A model generated the notes under the pieces. That model saw only the letters and a program-made list of their open reading frames with translations, ran no database searches and was not told the origin of the DNA. A stretch of DNA of 60,000 nt from Malacoraja senta (taxonomy: Eukaryota), in contig CM075997.1 of assembly GCA_038087875.1 (NCBI GenBank), positions 5,644,001 to 5,704,000 of the forward strand, given 5' to 3'. The position numbers and the translations under genes are program-made. Shown one piece after another: positions 23,581-36,430 of this stretch (its first letter is position 1; the number at the start of each line of letters is the position of its first letter).

Positions 23581-25150
23581 TGGGCCTGTCCCACTTACGC
23601 GACTTTTTCAGCGGCTTCTGGCACCTGTCATAGGTTGTTGCAGGTCGCCGAAAATGTTCAACATGTTGAAAATCCAGTGGCGACCAAGAGTCATGAGTGT
23701 TTTATTGTCATATGTCCCGGCCGGGGCAATAAAATTCTTACTTGCTGCAGCACAACAGAATATGTGAATATGTAAACATTGTACATAGCGGGGGAAAAAA
23801 AGAAACAGTTCAATAAATAACAAATATATCGCAAATAACAAATAATAATAGTCTTTTGCAGTTCAACACTCAGAGCTTATTCAATGTTGTGTTTAGTAGC
23901 CTGATGGCTGTGTGGAAGAAGCTGTTCCTGAACCTGGATTTTACAGTTTTCAGGCTCCTGTACCTTCTTCCTGATGGCAATGGTGAGATGAGTGTGTGGC
24001 CAAGATGGTGTGGGTCTGATGATTTTGGCTGCCTTTTTGAGGCAGAGACTACGATAGATCTCTTCGACGGTGGGAAGGTCAAAGCCGGTGATGGACTGGG
24101 CAGTGGTCACAACTTTCTGTAGTCTTTTTCGCCCCTGGACGTTCAAGTTGCCGAACCAGGCCACGATGCAACCAGTCAGAATGCTCTCCACCGTGCACCT
24201 GTAGAAGTTTAGGAGAATCCTCTTCGACATGCCGAATCTCCGTAGGAGATTCTCAGGAAGTAGAGTCGCTGATGTGCCTTCTTTACAATTACATCGGTGT
24301 GCTGGGTCCAGGAAAGATCTTCTGATATTTGCACGCCCAGGAATTTGAAGTTATTGACCCTTTCCACCATCGTCCCATTGATATAAACAGGATTGTGGGT
24401 CCTCATCCTTCCCCTACCAAAGTCCACAATCAGTTCCTTGGTCTTACTGATGTTGAGAGCCAGGTTGTTGTGCTGCCACCATTTGGTCAGTCGGTCGATC
24501 TCACTTCTATACTCTGACTCGTCCCCATCTGTGATTCGTCCAACCACAGTGGTGTCATCGGCAAACTTGATGGAGTTCGCATTATGTCCGGCTACACAGT
24601 TGTGGGTGTAGAGTGAGTAAAGCTGGGGGCTGAGCACGCAGTCTTGAGGTGCTCCCGTACTAATTGTTACTGAGGATGAAGTGGTTCCTCCGATTCGAAC
24701 AGGCTGTGATCTGTGGATGAGGAAGTCGTGGATCCAATTGTAGAGGGATGCGCAGATGCCCAGTTCCTTGAGCTTGGTAACCAGCTTGGAAGGGATGATG
24801 GTACTAAACGCCAAGCTGTTGTCTATAAACAGCCTGACGTAGGTGTTTTTATTGTCCAAGTTGTCCAATGCGGAGTGGAGAGCAATGTGAAATTGCATCC
24901 TCCGTTGACCTGTTGTGGCCAGAAAGACGCTATGACTCTTTGGGCGACTGAGGAGACTATTCACGACCATACAGGCGACACCCTGGCGACCCTGGTGAAG
25001 CCTGTAAGGTCGTCAGTAGTCGCCCAAAGAGTCGTACCTTGTTCTGGTCTCCGCTGGATTTTCAACATGTTGAAAATTTTCGGCGACCTGCAACGACCTA
25101 TGACAGGTGCTGGCAGTTGCCGAAAAAGTTGCGTAAGTGGGACAGGCCCA
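23581..25150. mobile_element. Non-autonomous PIF/Harbinger element interrupted by a Rex1 LINE
   Basis: TIRs TGGGCCTGTCCCACTTACGC / GCGTAAGTGGGACAGGCCCA with long subterminal inverted similarity. 3-bp TSD TTA at 23578-23580 and 25151-25153. Confidence 0.9.
23688..24890 (-). mobile_element. Rex1/Babar LINE, 5'-truncated RT and 3' UTR
   Basis: ORF 24209-24970 ([21 protein letters not shown]...[11 protein letters not shown]...KTKELIVDF) and ORF 23877-24230 (NFYRCTVESILTGCIVAWFG). Confidence 0.92.
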
Positions 25151-26144
25151 TTATTTACAGCTTATCCCCATTGTCACCCCAGTTTCAATGTATCGGAGAC
25201 AACGTTTGGCCCACCCTAACTTCTATTCCCTCCTTCCTGATTATGATGCAGAGTCTTCAACTTGTAAGATTAGCTCTGTTTCTCCTCAAACAGACATTTG
25301 GATATTGTGCTTGGGGCGAGAGGGATCAAGGGATGTCAGGAAGATGACGGGAGCAAGATTAGCCATGTTCAAGTTGAATGGTGATGAAAGCTTGAAGGCT
25401 AAATGGCCTTCCGGTTTTATTTTTAATACATTACAAAATGTATGTTCTTTACTCTCAAAGCAGCAAATTTATGGGTCATAGCTTGTGCACTGAATGGGAG
25501 ATATGTGGGACAAAAATGTCAGACCTTACAAAGAAACAAGATGTATTTTTGATTTTTGTCACAATTTATTGACACTATAAGGGGAATATTTTCCGTTTTG
25601 TTGGGAAAGTTGCATATGTTTTAGAAAGCTAGCAATATCAGAAACACTTGCTTTTGAAATGGAATATCCCAATCATTGTCATTTTTTACAAAATAATAAA
25701 TGATGACCAAGACTTACAGCAATCTAGAGTAACAGTAATTAACACAAGGAATAATATTATTAGTAAATTATGTCAAGTTAGATTGGTGCTCCCGGTAATA
25801 TATCTGAATCAGAAAATAATGCTTCAAGATGTTCACCAAACATTTGCATTGTCAAGGTTAGCTCTGAATTACAGTACAGAAGGAATGTTGTATTTGGATA
25901 CAAGGAATTGCAGCGGCTGGCTTACAAAAAAAAATGCAAATTGCTAGAGTAACTTAATGGGTCAGGCAGCACCTTTGGAGAACTTTGTCTTATGAATCTG
26001 AGTTCTTTGAAGAAATTACTAATGTCGACAAGGGCAAAGTATGGACTTCAGATAGAAAGGCATTTGATAAGGTTCCGTATGGTAGACTACTCTGGAATAT
26101 TAGATCACATGGGATCCATGGAGAGCTAACAAACTGGATAGAAA

Positions 26145-26720
26145 CCTAGAAAATTGGTACAGGAGTAGGCCCTTCGAGCCAGCACTGCCATTCATTAGGA
26201 TCATGTTTGATAATCTATAATCAGTACCCCGTTCCTGCTCTTTCCCCATATCCTATTATTCTTTTAGTCCTAAGAGCTAAATCTAACTCTCTTGAAAACA
26301 TCTAGTGAATTGGCCTCCAATGCCTTCTGTGGCAGAGAAGTCCACAGATTCACAACTCTCTGGCTGAAAAAGCTTTTTCTCATATCAGTCCTAAATGGCC
26401 TACCCCGTATTCTTAAACTGTGACCCCCTGGTTCTGGACACCCCCAACATCGGGAACATTTTTCCTGCATCTAGCCTGTCCAATCCTCTAAGAATTTTAT
26501 GTTTCTATAAGATCCCCTCTCATCCTTCTAAATTCCAGCGAATGCAAGCCCAGTCGACCCATTCTTTCATCATATGGAGAGAAGGCAGGTACAGGATACT
26601 GAGTTGGATGATCAGCCATGATCATATTGAATGGCGGTGCAGGCTCGAAGGGCCGAATGACCTACTCCTGCACCTATTTTCTATGTTTCTATATGTTAGT
26701 CCCGCCATCCTGGTCAATGT
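26145..26720 (-). mobile_element. CR1 3' fragment with a tiny opposite-strand CR1 3' end (26577-26690) inserted
   Basis: CR1 C-terminal peptide in ORF 26270-26470. The nested + strand tail is flanked by ATATG (26572-26576, 26691-26695). Confidence 0.8.
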
Positions 26721-27034
26721 CAGTCCCGCCATATCAGTTGGGTAAGGGGACTGAGGAATAGTTAATGGAGTTTAATGTAGATATGTGTGAGGTTTTGCAT
26801 TTTGGTGAAGGTGTAGACCTTCACAGTAAATGGCGGGGCCCTGGTGGATGTTGTGGAACAAAGGGATCAAGGAGTGCAAGTACATGTTCCTTGAAAGTGG
26901 AGTCACAGGTAGATAGGGTGGTCAAGATTCTTTTGGTATGGTCGCCTTCACCAATCAGGGTATTGAGTATAGAAATTGGGATGTTATGCGACAGTTGTGC
27001 AAGATATTTGTGAGGCGACCTTTGGAGTATTGTA

Positions 27035-27130
27035 GGTAGACAAAAATGCTGGAGAAACTCAGCGGGTGAGGCAGCGTCTATGGAGCGATGGAATAGGTGA
27101 CGTTTTGGGTCGAGACCGTTCTTCAGACTT
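27035..27130 (-). mobile_element. Penelope-terminus-derived short element
   Basis: GTAGACAAAAATGCTGGAGAAACTCAGCGGGTGAGGCAGC...GGGTCGAGACCGTTCTTCAGACT. Confidence 0.7.
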
Positions 27131-28289
27131 CTTCAGTCTCTTGCCCAGAATAACGGAATCAAGAATCAGGGAACACTCAGTGCTCTCCATAATGTTTGGG
27201 ACAAAGACCCATCACTTTATTATCTTCCATCACAGTGATGGCTGTATGGTAACTCAAATATCACTGTACCTTAATTGGTGCCAGGGGACACACGTCGTCC
27301 CTCCCCCCCCCCCCCCCCCCCCGTTCTGAGAGGTGGGGGACGATCCCCCCCATTTTTTGTAATGTGGATTTTAAAACCTGGTGAAATCTCCGCTTTCCGC
27401 GAGACAGTGGAAGTGGGACTGCTGATCGAGGGTGCCGATTGGACGAGAGAGATGTCGGTCAGCAGGCAATGGGGGCGGGACCATTATAATTCAGCACGAT
27501 GATTGGAGGAGGGAAGTGTCGGTCAGAGGCGGAAGTAGGGGGTTGGGACTGAGGATAGAGCATGGTGATTGGAGGAGGGAGATGTCCGTGGGGCAAAGAT
27601 CAGAGCGAAACTTGATTTGCATGCCCAAGTCAAACGAAAAACTCTCTGCAGCCCGACTGGTGTCCCGTCAGTCCAGGCAGGGATCTTTGGGCAGGGCTGT
27701 AGGTTAAGCCGGCAAGACAGGCAGAGTTGAGCTGCATTTAGTGGTGCTTCTCCGCGCTGGCTGTGGGCCTTACGCGATTTTTTTTGACTACTGCTGTCAT
27801 AGGGCCCACAGCTGAAGCCTCCGAAGCCGCGTGTGCGTGCGTGTGTGTGTTTGTGTGTGTGTGTTTTTCTCCCCCGGTCCCCTCCATGTTTTGATACCGA
27901 TTTCCGTGCCTGGTTGGTGCATGTCACAATAAATGCAAACTTGAACTTGGTTTATTTATTTGTTGTTTTTCTGTTTTTGTTCTGTATCATGTAAAATATA
28001 CAACTTTTTGAAGAGCATTGTGTTCTCATGTATCTTTGCCTCATTGACCCACAACTGGCGACACACGAATCAATCAGCTTGTTTTTAGGTGGCTTTTGCT
28101 CTTTGTAGGACTATAACTGAATGGACTATAACTGGATGGACTAATTGGCATTGACCTAGATTTAGTCAGAATCATTTTCCACCAGCACAGTCAACTCTGC
28201 AGCTAGGAACAGAGTGGTTGAAGGTGAGAAAGCAGTTTCCAAGACAGTTGAGCAACAACATGAGGAACAATTTTAGGTAATTTCTACAA

Positions 28290-29330
28290 ATACCTCACTT
28301 TCCCCCTTCCCTTTCTTCCTCTAACCCCACCCCTTTATTTTCTCTTACCCACCCCCCATCCCTGAAGTCTGGCTGACCTTGCACTATTTTCTCTCCTCTG
28401 CTTTCATTCTCCCTTCCAGCTTCACAATTCACAATTTTTCTATCCTCGCGCTTCACAATTTGCAGTTCTTTATCCTTTTGGTTCACTTTTTTTCAGCTCA
28501 ATCTGTCCAACAATCTGCGTATCAAAAAAACCCGTGTCGCCTGAGTTCACCTATTACTGGCCATGTTTGACTGTTCCTCACTTCCAGCTCCCGCCTCCCC
28601 CCCCCTGCAATAAGCAAGTTCCGTATTCCAACTGCGCATGCCTAGGTCATTGGTCACTCGCTATAAACATTCTCGGTAGCTATGAATCTGCATATTTCGT
28701 CCGGGGTCGGGCCCGGGCCCGGGTCTCCGGCGCTGCGGGTGCTCTTGAGTTGCTGCATGCGCAGTTGGAATACGGAACTTGCTTATTGCAGGGGGGAGGC
28801 GGGAGCTGGAAGTGAGGAACAGTAAAACATGGCCAGTAATAGGTGAACTCAGGCGACGCGTTTTTTTTGATACGCAGCTTCTCCACGCTGGCTGGGGGCC
28901 GCTATTCCGGGCCGGTGTCCCGTCAGTCCGGACATCTCCTGGCGGGGATGAGGTGCGGGTTTGTGTGCCAGCAGCTGCTGAGAATGTCTCTCCGCAGGTC
29001 CAGTCTCTCTCCCCGTCTCCCACTTGCATCTGCCCCCTCTCTCTCGCTGTTCCTCAGATTAAATATATGCTTACACACAAAATCATGAATAAAGATAAGA
29101 ATTTATACACAGTTTATACAGTCAGTGCTTCGTTAGCTGTTTCTTTATAGCGAGTGACCTTTGACAAATCCCATGATTCCTTGCGTTTTTCAGAATACCG
29201 CACTCGCTTATTAGTCTGAAGATGGGTCCCGACCTGAAACCTATCTATCTTCTCTAAAGATGCTGCTTGACCCGCTGAGTTACTCCAGCTTTTGTCTTTG
29301 GTAAACCAGTATCTGCAGTCCTTGGTATTA
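28290..29330 (+). mobile_element. Penelope 3' region split by a TIR element
   Basis: Pyrimidine-rich 3' UTR ending CCCCCTGCAAT, resuming at 29212 with TAGTCTGAAGATGGGTCCCGACCTGAAAC and the family body. Confidence 0.6.
28612..29209. mobile_element. Non-autonomous TIR transposon with AT duplication (ISL2EU-like)
   Basis: AT|AAGCAAGTTCCGTATTC ... GAATACCGCACTCGCTT|AT, with a subterminal inverted match (GGTCACTCGCTATAAA / TTTATAGCGAGTGACC). Confidence 0.78.
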
Positions 29331-31113
29331 CATTCCTCAATCCAAACTGTTCAAGGGCAAGTACAACATTGGAGTTGTCTGCTAATTGGAAAATTGCCCA
29401 AATGTCTTATTCAGAAAATGCAGAGCTGACTGGAGAGTGGAGGTAATGCAGCCTCTCCCTCCTGACCATCAGTGCCAGCTCCTCACTGAAAAATTATGTC
29501 TGACAGTTGAGGAAGGACAGCAGCTGCTTCTCAATAGGATCCATAAGACAACGCTATTATTAGCAGCCACAAACTTTAAAAAAAAAATCCTCTAAGGCTT
29601 GTTTAGGAAGGAACTGTTTAAACCGAAGATAGACACAAAAAGCTGGAGTAACTTGGGTAGCTTAATCATCTAGGCCTCCTTGCCTCTGAAGTGAATATGC
29701 TAACTGGCTTCTGTGAATTATGTTATCAATAATGACCTAGTATCCTTTTTGGGCATTCTTGTCTGCCGAGCCGCTGATTCCTCTGTACGTTTAAAAAAAA
29801 TAAAAAAATTATGCAGCATTTTTGGTGGAATCTTAATCTTCAGAAAAGTGTTAGAAAGTGTTGGCAACATGTTCGCAGCTCTTAATCTGCTCACTGGTGA
29901 TTGGTTTATATTCCATCAAGAGAATTTGGCTCCAGAACTCAGTCCGGGTACTGCATAGAAGGGTTGAATACCAGAGGTGACATGAAGATGGTTGTCCCTG
30001 ATGTTAAGGCAATATTTACTGAGCATGGCATCAAAGAATTGAGGTAAACCTGATGCAAATGGAGACCAAGTAAAAGTACTCAATTCTTTAGAGTCATCGC
30101 TTTCATTTTGGAAAGTAATTTAAAGGTTGTTAAAGTGCAATTATATCTGCCCCCAACATTTTGCCGGGCAGTGTTTGTGGACCAAGCTACCTTCGGCTTC
30201 TTCAATGATCTTCATTCGTAAGATCAGAAGTGGAGGCATTCATTCAAGATTGAACAATGTTCAATTCCACTTAGTACTCAAAAAGTGAAGAAATGGATGC
30301 CCGCATACAACAATACTCATATCTAAATGCCACACTATCTTCAAAGTGTTTTAAAAACGTAAAAGCAAAGTGTTTTTACGTTTCATTGGAATTTTGGGTT
30401 ATGTTATCAGCAGGTCGTTTGATTTGAAAGGAATTTAACCACACAATCATTAACATTGATATTTAGGTCTTTGGGAAATGTTATTAAAGGTGCCTTAATT
30501 TAATTTTCCTTTTTGGAAACAATTGTTACATTTACTAACATCAAAACATGTCGAAACATTATGTTGCAGAAGTGGATAGTTAAGTGGTCCTGAAGTGGAA
30601 AAAAGGACATTAATGTGATGTTTATACCAAGTTCAATAGAAGTACATTTAAAATAATGAACCACATGAACTTCTGAACAAATATTACAAGTAGAACATAT
30701 GCATAGATAGGTGTGAAGTTTATACAACTTAAATATGGGTGACATTGACTTGGTAAAGAGAAAAAAATTTATTCAAGGAAGAAAATTAAGTTAACAGTGC
30801 TCTTTCAAAATAATAAACCCTCATAGTTATAAGGCGGCAATCTTCATTTGCAATTGCCCAGAACCTCCTTGTTCACCAGAGACTTAAATGATGGCTTTTT
30901 GCAATATGAATGAATGAAGAAATGACTGTTGTGAAATGTTATGTGTAACAATGAATTGGATAACAAGAACTAACACAGATACGTAATAGTGGGATAAATA
31001 GAGGATAGGTTGCCCCATCTTATAACCATATATTCACAATCAATTATTCAAGAATATAGAAAGAAATTGCTCTACATTGTTAAGAGACGTAAAGGCATTG
31101 TTGCTTAACCTAA

Positions 31114-32625
31114 AAGGCCTGTCCCACTTACACAATTTTTTTGGCGACTTGCCAGCACATAGATACATAGATACATAGATACATAGAAAATAGGTGTAGG
31201 AGTAGGCCATTCGGCCCTTCGAGCCTGCACCGCCATTCAATATGATCATGGCTGATCATCCAACTCAGTATCCCGTACCTGCCTTCTCTCCATACCCCAT
31301 GATCCCCTTAGCCACAAGGGCCACATCTAACTCCCTCTTAAATATAGCCAATGAACTGGCCTCAACTACCCTCTGTGGCAGAGAGTTCCAGAGATTCACC
31401 ACTCTCTGTGTGAAAAAGTTTTTCCTCATCTCGGTCTTAAAGGATTTCCCCCTTATCCTTAAGCTGTGACCCCTTGTCCTGGACTTCCCCAACATCGGGA
31501 ACAATCTTCCTGCATCTAGCCTGTCCAACCCCATAAGAATTTTGTACGTTTCTATAAGATCCCCTCTCAATCTCCTAAATTCTAGCGAGTATAAGCCAAG
31601 TCTATCCAGTCTTTCTTCATATGAAAGTCCTGACATCCCAGGAATCAGTCTGGTGAACCTTCTCTGCACTCCCTCTATGGCTATAATGTCCTTCCTCAGA
31701 TTTGGAGACCAAAACTGTACGCAATACTCCAGATGTGGTCTCACCAAGACCCTGTACAACTGCAGTAGAACCTCCCTGCTCCTATACTCAAATCCTTTTG
31801 CTATGAAAGCTAACATACCATTCGCTTTCTTCACTGCCTGCTGCACCTGCATGCCTACTTTCAATGACTGGTGTACCATGACACCCAGGTCTCGCTGCAT
31901 CTCCCATTTCCTAATCGGCCACCATTTAGATAGTCTGCTTTCCTGTTTTTGCCACCAAAGTGGATAACCTCACATTTATCCACATTATACTGCATCTGCG
32001 AAACATTTGCCCACTCTCCCAGCCTATCCAAGTCACCTTGCAGTCTCCTAGCATCCTCCTCACAGCTAACACTGCCCCCCAGCTTAGTGTCATCCGCAAA
32101 CTTGGAGATGTTGCCTTCAATTCCCTCATCCAGATCATTAATATTAATTGTAAATAGCTGGGGTCCCAGCACTGAGCCTTGCGGTACCCCACTAGTCACT
32201 GCCTGCCATTGTGAAAAGGACCCGTTTACTCCTACTCTTTGCTTCCTGTTTGCCAGCCAGTTCTCTATCCACATCAATACTGAACCCCCAATACCGTGTG
32301 CTTTAAGTTTGTATACTAATCTCTTATGTGGTACCTTGTCGAAAGCCTTCTGAAAGTCCAGATACAACACATCCACTGGTTCTCCCTTATCCACTCTACT
32401 AGTTACATCCTCGAGAAATTCTATAAGATTCGTCAGACATGATTTACCTTTCGTAAATCCATGCTGACTTTGTCCAATGATTTCACCACTTTCCAAATGT
32501 GCTGCTATCCCATCTTTAATAAGTGACTCTAGCAGTTTCCCCACTAGGCACCCGTCCTAGTCGCAGCAGGTCGCCGAAAATTTTCAATGTGTTGAAAATC
32601 CAGCGGCGACCAGAAAAAGGTACGT
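31114..32625. mobile_element. Partial Harbinger MITE (same family as 23581) split by a CR1
   Basis: TAA|AAGGCCTGTCCCACTTAC at 31114; resumes at 32547 with GCAGGTCGCCGAAAATTTTCAATGTGTTGAAAATCCAG. Confidence 0.75.
31158..32545 (-). mobile_element. Young 5'-truncated CR1 LINE (RT and C-terminus, one frameshift)
   Basis: ORFs 31861-32544 and 31265-31900 carry the RT motifs; tail (TATCTATG)3. Confidence 0.96.
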
Positions 32626-32974
32626 CACCCTGTGACATCGTATATGTATATTTGAGGGAAAGATGGTAACTAGACAGAGAATAGTGCCCTTCAGAATCCA
32701 AAGTGGTCATCTCTGTGTGAGCTGCAGGAGACAGGCAAGATCTTCCATGAGTATTTCTCCTCATTTTTTTACGGTGGAGAAAGATGTGAAAGCTTGGGAA
32801 CTTGGACGGTTAATGCAGACATCTTGAGGAGAGTCCACATTATGGTTAAGGAGGTGCTGGACATCCTAAGCAGTATGAAGGTAGATAGATCTCCTAGGCT
32901 TAATCAGATATATCCGAGGACATTGTGGAAATTTAGAGAAGAAACTGTAGGAGGCTTACCTGAGATACATAAAT

Positions 32975-33248
32975 GAGTCAAGCTCATATTCCGCTTGTGC
33001 AGTCTGCACCCTAGTGGCATAAACATTGAATTCTCCCATTTCCGGTAGCCCTTGCTGTTTCCTCCCCTTCTCAGCTTTCCCTCAGCCCTCGGGCTCCTCT
33101 TCCTTTTTCCTTTCTTCTCCCCGCCCCCCCCCCCCCCCCCCCCACCCTCCATCAGTCTGAAGAAGGGTTTCGGCCCGAAACGTTGCCTATTTCCTTTGCT
33201 CCTTAGATGCTGCTGCACCCGCTGAGTTTCTCCAGCATTTTTGTCTAC
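32975..33248 (+). mobile_element. 5'-truncated Penelope 3' end inserted in an old CR1
   Basis: Encodes LIFRLCSLHPSGINIEFSHFR* (GIY-YIG domain tail). Hammerhead-like core at 33157. 10-bp TSD ATACATAAAT (32965-32974, 33249-33258). Confidence 0.88.
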
Positions 33249-33369
33249 ATACATAAATCATCATTAGACACTGGCCTGAAGTCTAGAGGGGAGTGAATGT
33301 TGTGCCTCTATTTAAGAAAAGCTGCAAGTAAAAGTTTGGGAATTATAGACCATGGGGCCTAATACCTGT

Positions 33370-33517
33370 TGAGACCCCTCCTCAGACTGAGGAAGGGTCT
33401 CGACCCAAAAAGTCAAACATTCCTTCTCTCCTGAGATGCTGCCTGTCCCGCTGAGTTACTCTAGCATTTTATGTCTACCTTCGGTTTAAACAAGCATCTG
33501 CAGTTCCTTCATACATA
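33370..33517 (+). mobile_element. Penelope-terminus-derived short element with short 5' inversion
   Basis: 13-bp TSD GCCTAATACCTGT (33357-33369, 33518-33530); GAGACCCCTCCTCAG-A-CTGAGGAAGGGTCTC fold-back at the 5' end. Confidence 0.85.
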
Positions 33518-33677
33518 GCCTAATACCTGTGGTAGGTAAGTTACTGGAGAGGATTCTGAGGAATAAGGTGCATGAATTTGGATAGACAGCTGATTAGGGA
33601 TAGGCAGCATAGTTTCGTACGTAACTGATCATGTCTTATGAATTTGAATGTTTTTTTTAAGAAGTAACCAAGAAGGT

Positions 33678-33725
33678 CAGATTCAGATCAGATTCAGATT
33701 CAACTTTATTGTCATTGTGCAGTGT
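33678..33725 (-). mobile_element. 48-bp LINE 3'-tail insertion (Rex1-like, (TGAATC)n tail)
   Basis: CAGATT repeats plus CTTTATTGTCATTG, flanked by AAGGT (33673-33677, 33726-33730). Confidence 0.6.
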
Positions 33726-34947
33726 AAGGTAGAAGAGGACTAGGCTGTAATGGTTGTCTAAATGGACTTCAAGACTTTTGATAAGGTTCCACATGGGGGA
33801 GGGAGAGGGGGACAGGGGATGTGGGGGTGCACTGTGGGAGGTTAGACCGCATGTGTTCCAGGGAGAGCTAACTAACAGGCCACAGAATTGACTTCATGGA
33901 AGGAGGGTGATGGTGGAATGTTGATTTTCCACACTGGAGGCCTGTAACTAGTAGTGTGTTTCAAAGATGAATGCTGGGCCCATTGCTGTTTATGGATTAT
34001 AAATGATTTGGAGCAGAATTAGGCCATTCAGCCCAATGTGTACTCTGCCATTCAAGCGTTGCTGATCTATTTTTCCTCCTGCCTTCTCTCTGTAGCCTTT
34101 AATGCCCGTACTATTCAAGGACCAATCGATCTGCCTTAAAAAATACCTAATGTCCTAGCCGCTACAGCTATCTGTGGCAATGAATTCCAGAGTCACCATC
34201 CTTTGGCTAAAGAAATTCCTCCTCATCTCCATTTTAAACTTGAGTCCTTTTATGCTGAGGCTATTCTCTCTGGTTCTTGACTGCCATTACTAAAAACATC
34301 CTTTCCACGTCCACTCTAGGCCTTTCGATATCTAGTGGATTTCAATGAGCCCTCTTTATCCTTTAAAACACCCAACGAGTGCAAGCCCAGAGACTTCTAA
34401 CCCAATCATCCCCGTGTTCATCCTTGTAAACCTCTTCTGGACCCTTGTCAATATCAGCGCATTCTACCTCGGATATGGGGCCCAAAACTGCTCACAATAT
34501 TTTAAATATGTCCTCACCAGCGCTGGATGAAGCCTCAGCATTACATCCTTGTTTTTACAATCTGGTCCTCTCAAAATGAATGTTAGCATTGTATTTACCT
34601 TCATTATCGCTGGCTCAACATGCAAATTAACCTTTGAGAAATCCTGCACCAGCATTCTCAAAGTCCCTTTGAATGCAGATAGGTGTGAGGTGTTGAATTT
34701 TGGAATGTCAAACCAGGGCAGGACCGTCATGAATGGTAAGGCCCTGGGGTGTGCTGTAGAGCAGAGGGATCAATTAACTTTTTTTCTCTGTTGCCAGCCG
34801 GGCAACCATGAGAGCTTTTTAGGTTGCCAAATTACAGTTTAGGTGGTCATTTAAGACGGTTTGCATGACGCGTGCGATAATGTGCTTGGACGAAGTGCGT
34901 AGTTACCAGTCGGAATTATGCTCAATGAAGAAGCATTCACATATTAT

Positions 34948-35164
34948 GTTCAAGAAGGAACTGCAGATGCTGGAAAATCGAAGGTAGACAAAAGTGCTGG
35001 AGAAACTCAGCGGGTGCAGCAGCATCTATGGAGCGAAGGAAATGGGCAACATTTCAGGTCGAACCCCATCAGTCTGAAGAAGGGTTTCGGCCCGAAACGT
35101 TGCCTATTTCCTTCGCTCCATAGATGCTGCCCCAACCGCTGAGTTTCTCCAGAACTTTTGTCTA
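34948..35164. mobile_element. Fold-back Penelope-terminus-derived element
   Basis: Inverted arms, hammerhead-like core at 35074, and a 14-bp TSD CATTCACATATTAT (34934-34947, 35165-35178). Confidence 0.88.
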
Positions 35165-35959
35165 CATTCACATATTATTTCTGCTTCAAATAACTCACAA
35201 ACTAAACATATTCACCAATCAAGACATGATATATACCACAATGACATGCAGCAAAATTATAATACAATATCTCAACTCTTTTTACACATTGCAATTAATG
35301 CAATTTCTATTAGTTGGATTGGATGGATTATTCAGCATATGATCAACCTGTGTCAATAAATCCTGGACCATGGTAACATATATGCTTAACCATGCACACT
35401 ACAGATTGATGCAAGCATGTTCCCTGTGAAAGACCGAAAATTATCATGACATGGCCTTAGCATGGGTCGTTATTGCTATTGGTACAGAAACACTCTCGCT
35501 TCCCACATAATTTATCCATAACAAAATATACAGGTTGCAAGGAAATTTCTAAAGGCATTTTATGATAATAGCTGTTAAAACCGACTATACCCATCTGACA
35601 GGTTAAACATTACACTAACTGACAAGAGATGGCCAAAGTACATAACTGCAGCAAATGTTCTTTTGGTAATTTGTTTAAAGGTGTCAAAACAAATAATAAC
35701 ATTGGGAATTAAAACACATTTGATTCCATTCCGTTATCAAACATAGTCAATGTTAGCTCTGGAGACCATGAAGCACAATAGGGTCAGGGAGGGGGGAGGT
35801 GTGAATCAATGCGGGGTGGATAGATGGCGGGGGGGGGGGAGGGAGAGGGGGTTGAGAAGGCAATCGGTGCGGAATGGATGGATTGAGGCAGGTGAATTAG
35901 TACGTGTTGGTTGGAGTATGTAAAATTGTGAGGGGAGAGCACGGGGATGTCAGTGGTGT

Positions 35960-36430
35960 TGAATGGGGGGTTCAGTACGGGATGGATGGGGGGGGATCAG
36001 TACAGGATGAATGGGGGGTCAGTACAGGATGAATGGGGGTAGACAGAAATGTTGGAGAAACTCAGTGGGTGAGGCAGCATCTAAGGAGCAAAGGAAATAG
36101 GCAACGTTTCGGGTCGAGAACCTTCTTCAGACTGTTCCCCCCATTCTTCTTGAATGGGGGGGATCAGTACAGGATGAATGGGTGATCAGTATGGGATGAA
36201 TGAGGGGATCAGTACAGGATGCATGAGGGGATCAGTACAGGATGCATGAGGGGATCAGTAAAAGATGAATGGGGAGATCACTACAGGATGGATGGGGGGG
36301 TTCGGTGCAGGGTAAATGGAGGGTGGGTCAGTACAGTATGAATGGGCGGATCAGTGCAGGATGGATGGGAAGGGGGGGTCAGTACAGGATGAATTGGGGG
36401 ACCAGTGTAGGATGGATGGGGGGGTGGCAG
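35960..36430. repeat. ~22-bp minisatellite GGGGATCAGTACAGGATGAATG, interrupted by a Penelope-derived fragment (36039-36135)
   Basis: Directly visible degenerate tandem array. Confidence 0.85.

Noticed and set aside
24671..24690. GAGGATGAAGTGGTT resembling the start of RyR exon 2 (EDEVV)
   Set aside because: Lies in the antisense strand of a Rex1 RT, has no acceptor context, and similarity stops after five codons.
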